Source of the DNA: Protoeuglena noctilucae
Lineage: Eukaryota
Assembly (NCBI GenBank): GCA_958009085.1
Contig: OY253670.1
Location: forward strand, 434,001-498,000
Direction of reading: 5' to 3'
Length of the DNA: 64,000 nt
How positions within the stretch are numbered: the stretch's first letter is position 1; every line of letters begins with the position of its first letter. Positions 36,757-47,400 of this stretch are shown piece by piece. The translations under genes were made by a program, and so were the position numbers. The notes under the pieces are model-generated. The model was not told the origin of the DNA, ran no database searches, and was given only the letters and a program-made list of their open reading frames with translations.

Positions 36757-39700
36757 ATGCTCGTGCGGCATTCGTCAGCTCTGCTGACATCGCCGGGCTG
36801 CGCGGCTTGCCATGCGGGATCGCGGACCGCGCCCGCGCGGCAGATTTCGCCTGTGGGCGTGCCGTGGGTCCCGGAGAGGCGACGCTGCGTCGCGGCGCGC
36901 GCGGGGGACCCGAAGGATGTCGAAGTAATCAACAACGCCAAAAGCGCGGCGTCGCAGGTGTGGTCTCCGGTCCAATTCCCGTGAAGCGGGCCGCGATGGC
37001 CACCACTGCACTCACCGAGCGACGCCGCCCGCAGGACGCCGCGCCGGGCCCCTGGAAGGCCGGTCCGCGCGATTGGGATCTGCAGCTTGCGGACGCATGG
37101 AAGTGGGAGCAGACGGGCGACGCGGTGGGCGCGTACGGTGCGCTTGCGCTGACGCTTGCGTTGGGCGAGAGCGGGTGGCTTAGCCGATTGGGCCCCGCGG
37201 GTGACTTGCCCTATTTCATGGCCCTCGCGGCCTGTACCATCTACATCGGCGCTCACCGAGGCCTCACATCCAAGACGAGGCAGACGCTGTCGCTGGGGCA
37301 GGGCGCGGCCGCACCTCTCCTCGCATCTGGTGAGCAATGGCAGAGCACTGGGCTGTACCATGCGATGCTCTCACTCATGTGCGATGATGCAATAATACGG
37401 GAAGCCCAGCACTGTCCACATCTCTCCCCTTCCCCCTCCCCACCACCCCCACCCCACCTCTCCCCCCAACACCCCACAACCCAACCCCACTCCCACCCCC
37501 GTCCATCCCCTCACCCCCACCCCACAGTCTCTCTGTTCGGCGCCTATCTCCTGATCAAGTACCTCCCCAACTTCGACCTCCAAACGATCCTCAACGCCTA
37601 TTTCTGGCTCCTCGGCTCCGTTTCTGTCGCCGGGGCGCTCCCGGGGCCCCTTGGTGTGTTGGGTGGCGCGTTGGGTCAAAAGTCGATCGATGTTAAAGTG
37701 CCAGAGGGGCTGTTGTTGGATGAGGAGGGGGAGGTGGTGACGGAGGGGAAGGTCGCGCCGACGGACATCCTAGCGGTGGTGATCGGGTGAGGGAGGGGGC
37801 GTGTATGGGGGATGGGGTGTTGTGTGGGTGAAGCGGTATGTGGGGGAAGGGGTGTATGGCATGGCATATGGTCGTTGGCATGGGTGGGGTGTTGAGAGAA
37901 TGGTGAGAGTGGCTGCGTGCAGCGTTGGCAAGGGTCATGAGTCGGTAGCATTGGAGGGGCGGAAGCGCTTTTGGTTGGTTGACATGGCCCATCCATGGCA
38001 CTGGCTCCGTTGCACCCGCACAGGGTGGGCGCTGCGTCTGCGGACCTGGCGTGCGGTCACAGCAACTTCACGCTCAACAACCTCATCGCCTGTCTGGTGG
38101 CTGCGGACATCTTGCAGCTGATTGGGCTCAAGTCGTTCCGGGCAGCGGGGGTGCTGCTGGTGAGGGGGGAGAGGGGTGGTTGTGAGATGGGGTGGTGGGG
38201 AGGACGCTGCTGGTGAGAGGGGGGAGGTGGCGTGGGTGGTGTGGTGTGGAGGGTGCTGCTGGTGTCATTCAAGCAAACTGTGATAGCACTGCCACCATCG
38301 CCCCCTCTTCGCAACACAAACTCTTGGCTACGTATCACTGCAGTTGGGCATGCTGGTGTATGATCACTCTCTCTCATCTCTTCACTCTCTCCCTCTCTCA
38401 TATCTTGTTATGCAGTTGGGCATGCTGGTGTATGACGTCTTCTGGGTCTTTGGCAGTGCGCCCGTGGTGGGGGACAACGTCATGGTCACGGTCGCCACCT
38501 CCGAGGTGCGTTTCTAGCACGCGCGGCACGAAGCACAAAACGTGTTAGTCATACTTATGACGTATATTGCATTGCTCATTCGTGAGGCGAGGACGGAATC
38601 TGAAGTCCTGGTCCCATCACCACCCCCACCCAGTGCTCATCGCAACTTCAACCCAACTCAACCCCACGATGACCCCATCCATGTCTCCCACATATGCTTT
38701 GCTTTCCAGTCGCAGGCGCTGACTGGCCCCGTCAAGCTCCTCTTCCCCCGTCCGGGCGCCATCCCCGGGGACTTCCCGTGGCAGATCCTCGGATTGGGGG
38801 ACGTGGCGATCCCGGGGCTGCTGGCGTGCCTGGCGCTGGTGAGAAGGGGTTGGGATGACAATGGTGGGTGTGCATTGATGCTTGTGAGAGGGGTTGGCTG
38901 GCGGTGGTGGGTGTTCGCTGGTATGTGTAGGTGAGGGGTATGCAATCGCCTTGGCGAAGTGCGTTTCTCTCCTTTCACCATTCTAAAGCTCTTCTAATCT
39001 CCCATCACCTCCGCAGCGCTACGACGCTTCCCGCACCCCGGACATGCGCTCGCGTGCGCGCGCGGCCGGCGACGCCATCACCCACACCACCGCCAAGCTA
39101 CCCGAGGCGAGTCGAATCCCACATCTGTGCAACGCCTCCGCCAATGCTTATCTATCAACTATCATTCTGAATACTGTTACTCCCCTTTTGCACCATCGCC
39201 GGATACCCCTACCACCACCTCGCTCATCTATCATTCCGTCTCTCCGCCCTTGTGCACCACACCCCAATACCCCCACCCCCACCACCACCTCACCCATCTC
39301 TCTTAGTATTACTTTCCACCTTCATCCCCCCATGCATCGCGTGTGCCCCCAGGGCATCAGCGACCGAGACGCGTCCGTGGCATTGGGCGACGCGGCATTG
39401 GATGCGTATGAGGAGGTGGCGGGGTTAGAGGATCGATTTAATGCGGGAGAGGAGGAGAGGGAGGGGGAGAAGTTCCCGGGGGTGCCCAGGTGACACGTGT
39501 TTTTTACATGTGTTGATCTGTTCTGTTCAACAATGCTTGGCTTGGCATCGCAGTGGTGTGTTGGTGGTGATGTGGGGAGAGGTAGGTGCCATGTCTAAAC
39601 CGTGGTTGGCTTAGTAACAGAGTGTTGACAATGTGCAAGTGTTGACACTGTGCATGAGAGAGCCACATAGGACGCGACGTGTTTTTGTATATGCTCCTTT

Positions 39701-40235
39701 CATCTATATCTTCCCCCCCCATCCCAGGGAGGTCCTGAGCAATCGTCAGTACTTCGCGGCGGTGATGGGGGCGTACCTGGCGGGGCTGGTGGTGGCGTTC
39801 GGGGCCAACGCGGTCACCAAGCTGGGGCAGCCTGCGCTCCTCTACCTCGTGCCCGCCACCGTCGGCGCCGTCATCGGTGAGATTCGAATACGATATTCAA
39901 ATATCTTTAAAAAAGCAGCTATAGATCGCTGCTGTCCAGCACACGCCATGCGGCGTGGCACCTGCGACCTGCGGCTGCATGGTACGTGCTATGCCGCAGC
40001 AGGTATCACGCACCACCTATTCGTGCTGTGCTTTGTGCTCTCCCCCGCAGTGACCGCGGACTCCCGTAACGAGTTCCAGCGCGTGTGGGACTTCACGGAC
40101 AAGACGCGGACGCCCCAGGAGGTCTTTGAGGCCGCGGAACGGCGAAGGCGGGAGCGCAAGGGGGAGGCGACAAGTCAGGAAGACAAGGGAGGGCAAGGGC
40201 GGGCGAACTCGCCCGATTGGTGGCCGTTTAAGTGA
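36757..40235 (+). CDS. Signal peptide peptidase-like (presenilin-type, A22B) intramembrane aspartyl protease
   Basis: All three family motifs are present: LVYDVFWV (YD, ~38430), LGLGDVAIPGLL (GxGD, ~38790) and GQPALLYLVP (PAL, ~39830). Also TIYIGAHR. The N-terminus is transit-peptide-like. Confidence 0.92.
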
Positions 40236-40590
40236 CGCGATATCCTTTGTCTATCGGACTAGCTTTCAAACTACAGCAAGCTTTGAAGCATAGCAGCACG
40301 CGGTGTTGTTTCATGAACTATCATCGCGAGGGGGTGAGGGAGAGGGAGTGCAGGCAACGTGCTACGGTCGACATGCGGCAGGGTGTGCACTATGGAACTG
40401 TGCTTTATGAATCGACGATGTCACGCGGCCGGGCGCGGCCTGTGCGCCAGTCGGGGCCAGAGGGCCGCGACGGTTGCGACGGTGATAACGATGGCAGCCA
40501 CGTGAAGCGCGGAGAGGTGGCCCAGGATGGAGGGCGACGCCAGGGCAGTCCACAGACGATGGAACACTGCGTGGGGAGACAAACGCGATA

Positions 40591-42625
40591 TTACGGCATC
40601 GAAACGCCTGGTGACAGGGTCAAGTGTCCAACCGTTGCGCTAGTCGTGTCACTCGCAGCCAACTGCAGCCAGAACAGCTCGTGCAGTGCCCAGTTCGCAC
40701 CTGAAGGCGGCGGTGAAGGCGGTGGCGGCGCCCAGGGCCCGACCCGCACCACCGCCATCGCCCACCCCGCAGCCCAATCCACGCCATCCACCACGCCCAC
40801 CACAGCCCAGCCACCCCAGGTCTCCGCCCCCCACCCAAGACTCTCCGCCCACCGCTCCCCCACCGTCAGCGGCGGCGGTGCCCCCGCCCACTTGCGCCAA
40901 AGCGCCCTCATCCCACGCTTAGCCATGCGCCACCCCAGCCGAGTTGCCACTATTGTCGCAGGCACTCCCACGACCGTCACCGCGATCGCCGGGCCCTCGT
41001 TGCGCCGCGCCCACGCCCGCACCCCGGGTACCCCGCCCCCCGCCCACAGCACGTTTGCGAGGTCCGCCAGCCCGGCCCCTAGCCCGACTACATCCCTCAG
41101 CGCACCGCGGGAGGTGGCGCTGGCGGACTGTGCGAACGCGATGAAGGGTTTCCACACCATAGGGAGCTCTGAGAAGGGGCGGTCGAGGCCGAGACTGGCG
41201 ATAATGCGCTGGGCAGCGCGTGACATGGGACCGGCTGCTAACTGCACCCATCGATAGAGCAGCGCTCTGGCGCGGTCCAGCGCGGGTGGCAGAGCGAGGT
41301 TGGGTATCGTTGAGCTGGCGGGGAGGCGTGGGGTGGCGCTGGGGTCGGGGTCTGTGCCTGTTGAGGTGGTGGCGTGACTGTGTGATGGCTGGGTCAGAGC
41401 GACGAGGTATGCCCAGACCTGCGACGCTGCAGGCGAGGACGAGAGGGTGCGAGTTGTGCACGGATGGCAAAGCGAGAGTGGCGCGAGTGATGGCGCGAGA
41501 GGTGGCATCGGCAGGGAAGGGCGCATGGTCGAGGAAGGTGTACGATTGCTAATTGCTGACAGCAAGCACGCGCTGAGCTTTATCCTCACCCATTTCGCTT
41601 ATGCGATTGGCCAGGGAGCCGTGCATGGCCCTCGACGCGGCCGCCTCGACTTCGCCTTTGAAAGACGACAGTCGCTCGAGGCCTGGCCTCAGCCGGGGGG
41701 GCGTGGCGATGAGACTCTCGCTGAGGCTCTGCGCAGGGACGAGTGCAAGCGAGGGATCTGGAGTTTCGAGCACCCTACCCTTCCCATTGCAAGCGGGTCA
41801 CTACGACCATGTCACAGGCAGGGACCGTGCGGTGGTGCGACACTGCCAAATGCCAGCAATAGACCAATTAGCAATCGATTGTTTATCGCAAACGCATGCG
41901 ACGCATCTCGCCCCCCATCTCGCCTCAGAGAACTGCCCCGCCGCCTGCAGCACCGACCCCGCGCCCGACGCCACACGCGCCAGACCCGGACGCAGCCTCG
42001 CCTCCGCGGTCATCGCCCTCCCCAGCACCTGCGGCCGTCGCGAGGGGGTCCGCGGACGTCGCAAAAGCCTACAGCACGTTTCGGGTCACCCCACAGCACG
42101 TTCCGGGGCTGCGCCTCGCCTGCCCGCCGTAAGCGACCGCGTCGGTGACGTTGGCCACGGCCGACGCCACCTCATCGGTCAGGGAGTCGAGGCCGGGCCG
42201 GAGCTTGCTGGGGGACGCCAGGAGTTTGTCGGTAAACACCCCGGCAGAGGCCGAGACGGTGCGTGACACCCTGCTGAGGGAGCGGCCCAGCTCGGGCATA
42301 CCCGGGCGGAGCTTGCCGGACGGCAGGGTGAGGTCCGACCATGCGGCGGCGAGGCGGCGGGTGAAGGAGCGGGGGTGGGAGGTGGAGCCGAGCCACGCCC
42401 AGTCGATGGCAGCGACTGCGGGGATCGAGAGAGATGCGAGGGTCGAGATGTAGAGGCGTTAAGGGTCATTGGTAGATGCGGCATGACGCTTCTCACCGCA
42501 CAGCGTTGAGAGTAGCAGCGTAGCGGGCGGGAGGAGGCCGACGGACGTCGGGTGGTGGGCCACCGCCGCGGGCAGGACGTCGTACCAGTACCGGCGCACT
42601 AGCTGCGCTGCACCTATCACAATCT
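40591..42625 (-). CDS. Hypothetical protein with four internal [KR]LRPG repeats and a C-terminal hydrophobic region; may extend upstream to ~44080
   Basis: Phase-consistent exons (42625-42497, ~42415-42120, ~42029-41927, ~41731 onward), with the LRPG motif recurring across three of them. A long terminal ORF spans 41589-40591. No family recognised. Confidence 0.5.
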
Positions 42626-43394
42626 GCACGAAGGGAAAGCCGGGAGAAGGATGGGACGAAAGATGGCACGCTGGGGCAAAGCGTGGCAACAACCTGTGTG
42701 CGCTGCTCTCGCGCACTCGCCAGCACAAGAGCGGCTACGGGAGCATGGTGGCTACGACGAACGGAAGTGCTGGGCTCGGTCACGCAAGCATCGCGGCCGA
42801 CGGAGGCGCGTGGCGTCGCGGGCGGATCATCCACAAGCTCGTTGTCGTGCTCGCGCGGGACATCTGCGGAGACCATGCGGTGACAGATGCGCCGTGCTCA
42901 AATTTCAAGTGACTATCCACTGCACCGCCGTGGGATTGAGACGGACGGTTGAGCGCGCGGCCAAGCCGACCTCTCTGCATGCGCAGGTTCGGCAGGATCA
43001 GCGCTGTGAGGGCTGGATGGGGCCTCGCGCGCGCCCACTTCCTCAGTCTCTGGCACCCGCTCCATGAGCACGTGACATCGGCGACAGCGGCGCGCCGCAA
43101 GACGCGAAGAGGGATGCTAGCAACGAGAGAGAGGTACCAAGCGAAGCGAAGGCCAAGAGCGCATGCGCAGCAGGTCGCGACGGAGAGTATGCTATCTGCT
43201 GACGGAGACTTGAAGCCCACCGCGCTCAAGCCCTTCGCGTGCTGCATGAAACGCAGCCTGCGCCTTTCTGACGAGTGCGCGGCTTACGGCCAGCGGGCAC
43301 TCTGTGGGGGACGGCAAGATTGTGCACAAGGCGGACAGGGGAAGGCCGTCTTGTACTTCCTGATGATGTGTCCCTGGGCCAACTGTCGACGCAC

Positions 43395-43503
43395 CTGGAG
43401 CTGTTCTTCAAAGTCGGGATTACGAACGGCGAGCAGGGCTCCTCCCAGTCTGGGATGAGTCCTGCTTCCCGTTCGTTATGCCGAATTTGAAGAACACTTC
43501 CGG
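43395..43503 (+). other. Long imperfect inverted repeat / fold-back hairpin (54-bp arms, 1-nt spacer); candidate small-RNA precursor
   Basis: 43395-43448 pairs with 43450-43503: 44 of 54 positions Watson-Crick, plus 4 G-U pairs on the + strand (hand count). Confidence 0.85.
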
Positions 43504-44422
43504 CGCGATGCAGCTGAGCTGGAGGTGCAATTTTCGAGCGGCGCGGGCCGTGGGCTGCGGCGCCGAGAGAGTGGCGGCTGCAATATCGTCCTTCACCTCC
43601 TCATCGATGCGGGAGCGCCCATGCGAGCGCACGCGCGCCTTGCGGACCGTCACCAGGTCCAACCAGTTGCTCCCGTTGCGCTCGCACGCAGGGCGCCGCG
43701 GAGCGCCGTGATCGCCCTCGAGAAGGCGCTGGACGCGGTGCTGTGCGCTCCGGAGCTCCGGATCTTTGACGCGGGCCCTTCGGCGGGTGTACGGAGCTGC
43801 GCAAGCGGACGGAGCCTGCGTGAGAGCGGGAACGCGATTCGCGCGGCTGCTGCTGTCCACCGCGCCCACGCCCACGCGATATGCAGAGAGAACTCGTGGA
43901 AAAGGTGGCCGGGGCTTGGCGGAGTTTACCCGCGGACGCTCGCCGCGAGCAACGGGTCGCTGGCGAGCGTGCTGCGCGCAAAGTCCGCCAAGGCGCAGGC
44001 CACCTTGATGACGAGTTCCCTTTGCGGTGGCGTTCGGTTTGGTGGGATGTCGCGTGTGTTGTCGCCGGCGAGCATGTCGTAGACTGCGGACAGTGAGAGA
44101 GGGGGGTTGAATTCGACGATCTCCGCAAGGCCACTGCACAGCACGTTACATCCCCTGCGCTGCCCACGTGCGTGCCCTGCTCCTGCTCATAGCACGGCAC
44201 GGGGGTAGCGATGCTAGCCATGGGCGCCTGGCAAGCCCACTGCAGCGCGTTGAAAGCCAGCCTGCCAGACATCCATGTTCACATCCAGATATCCGTGTTC
44301 ACGCGCGCCGTTCAATCGTCACCAGCCCCGGCCAACCCACCCTAGCGCGGCTACGCGATGGCTGCCCGATCACGCCGCAGCTACACTTCGCAAGTTGCCA
44401 CATGACAGAAAGAGCTTTCTCT

Positions 44423-47400
44423 TTACATGTACTGCTTGAGCCACGCAGCGACGTTGATGTACGATTCGAACTCGGTCTGGGGGATGGCCAGGTCGTGCTT
44501 GTCCTCAAACAGCAACACGCGCACCTGCGTGGATGTACACAGCAAAGGCGAATAACATACCAAGGGAAAGCATCTCGCAAGATTACATAGCAAAAGGCAA
44601 CTGAGATGCGCACGGTGCTGCAGCGACGGACTGCGGCGGCAACATCTGTGTGTTCGTTCTCTCTGATAGTGTTCCCCTACACCACCTGCCACCACATCCC
44701 CATCCCCTATCCCACCCTCTCTCATCTACTCACCCCAACTCCGCTCCCCTGCACCACATCCCATCCCATCCCATCCCCCACCCCACCCTATTCTCACTTT
44801 GACTGAGTCACCGAGTCACCCCCTCCCTCACCTCCACCGGGTCCTCCCTGTCCCTCAGCGCCGTCACGTACTGCATGGCGTCCTTGCAAGGCACCCGCAT
44901 GTCCTGGCTGCCCAGCAGCATCAGCACGGGGGCACGCACGTCGGCCACGTGGGCGATGGGGGACGCGGCATGCATGCGCTCCAAGTCAGACACTGCGGGG
45001 GGTGGGGATGTTGTTGCATCAGCAGCGTCAAATGCACTGCACCATATACAAAGTGATACAAAAAGTATCGTTGCATAGGCAGCGTCAGGTGCACTGTACC
45101 AGATACACAGTGATACATTACACCTTTATCAAGCACGCCATCGTCACATCCCCACGCACCCCCCCTCTCCCTCCCCTCACCGGTCGGGTCGACGCGGAAC
45201 CTCCTCCGCCCCTCCTCGGTGCCAAACACCTCCACGAAGCACCAATCGGGGATGTCCGATATCCCGCTCATCAGCGCCACGTTGCAGACCGGGTTGCGCA
45301 TGACGCCGCATTTGAACCGGTTGCCGTGGCGGCCCAGCAGGTGGCCGGCTAAGAAGCCCCCGTGGGAGCCGCCGCTGACGGCCACGCGGGAGAGGTCGAC
45401 TGAGAGGGGGGGGGGGTTGGTTGGTGTGTGGGGTTTGGGGGTGGGGGGGGGGGGGGGGGGGGGGGGAGTTGCGAGTGAGGGGCAGGTGGGGAAGGTGAGC
45501 TTGCCAGAGAGCGGCCAGGGATGGTAGGAGCAGCAAAGCAGAATGGATGCATTGAAACAGAACGTGCTATCAATCATCTGCCTCACCGATGCCCATGCTT
45601 GCCGCCAGGTCGAGGGCGCTTAAGCAGACGCGCACATCCATCTCCCCGATGTGGCCTGCGAGGAAACAGGAAGAGGGGATAGGATAGCACAGCTGCTTGC
45701 GATCTCTTAGTTCGTTGCTCATTAAACATCACCCGGCAGCGCCTGCACCACCACCACCCCCACCCCCTCTCCCTAACCACCACCCACCCTATCACCCCAC
45801 CCCCACCCCTCCCCACTCACCCGGCAGCGCCTGCACGACCGCCTCCCCGAACCCCGTGCTCCCCCGGAAGTTCACCAAAACCACCGCGTACCCCGCAGCG
45901 GCCAGGAAGGCATAATAGGTGACGAACGACGTCACAAAGGCCGCGTGGGGCCCGCCGTGGGGCACGAGCACCGTTGGGGCGGGGCCGTGGATGGAGCGAC
46001 GGCGGATGATGATGGCTTCGATGGCAGATGGGGAGGGAGATGAGGGGTCGTCGGATGGGAGGGCTGGGGTGCTGAGGAGGACTCCGCCAGATGCATCGGC
46101 GTCGGCGACGGTGGCGTCTTCAAAGGGCACTTGGATGACTGGGGGGGGTGGGGAGAAGGGGGTGGGAGTGGTGGGGGATTGGTGATAATCAAAGCCACTT
46201 GGATCCACTTGGATGACTGGAGGAAGAGGGGGTGTGGTGTGTGCGGGAAGAGGAGTGGGTGTGGGTGACATGCGATGGGTGGTGGGTGGGGAGGGAAGGG
46301 GGTAGGATGAGACGCGATGAAGTGAGCCCACCCACACCCACCTGCACCCACCTCGACCACCCAAACTCAATCACACCCACCCCCACTACCCACTCACCCT
46401 GATACTCCATGCCGGCCAATGCGCTCTCCACTTAACACCACCCCAGTCACTCAGTCACTCACCCCGATACTCCATGTCGGCCAGCGCGCCCTCGACCGCC
46501 GGATGGAAGGGCTCCGGCATGGCCACCTGGATGCCCTCCCAGATCCACGTCCCATTGCACTGCCGGGCGACCATCAGCTTCTCCGGTGTTGCAGGGGTGC
46601 TCACCGCAGCCACCAACACATCGTGCCGCACATCCAGCAATCGCCACGACCCGCAGTTGGGGGGCGGGGGCGTGATGCGAGTGATGGTGCCGGTCATGGT
46701 GTCGACGGTCACGATGGCCTGGTCGGAGCGCCATTGGGAGTGCAGCACGATGGTGTGGCCGTCCGCGAGGAAGGGGGCCGCGGGCTGCAAAGGGGGGGAT
46801 GAGGGGGAAGGGGCTGGGTGTGGTGTTGGTGGGGTGTCGGTCTGCAAATGCATAGAGCGTATAAATGCTACTTTCAGATCCACACCACTGTCACTCATTA
46901 GCGTGGTCACCCATCCACCCCATCACCGCTACTCAGATCCACATCTACCACGTTTTACCGATCCATATCTACCGCTATTTACCACGATCGCTTATCTCGT
47001 CAACACACCCACTCACCAGCGTGGTCGTGTACAGCCCCGGGAAGTCCTCCCCCGTGTTTGGTTTGTCCACCACCCCAATCATGGTTCGAATCTCAGTGGG
47101 GACGGCAGGGCCCACGCGGGGGTCGGTGGGGTCGCTCCAGGAAATCCGACGCAGGGCGGCTGGGGGGGAGAGAGGGGTGGTGGTGGGGGTGGGTGAAGGT
47201 GGTGGTGGGGGTGGCAATGGGGGTGGCAGTGGGGGTGGCAGTGAGGGTGGCAGTGAGGGTGGCAGTGAGGGTGGCAGTGGGGGTGGCAGTGAGGGATAGG
47301 GTGGGTGAAGGTGATAGTAAGGTGGCTGAGCGTTGAGCCTGTTGAGGGACGGGACTGTATAAGACCATGCGTCTCGTTGCGTATGCCCATCTGCCCCCTC

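Noticed and set aside
43650..44140. Independent gene or pseudogene upstream of the hairpin
   Set aside because: Plausible exon-like segments on the - strand, but no homology, and I could not link them reliably to the LRPG-repeat gene.
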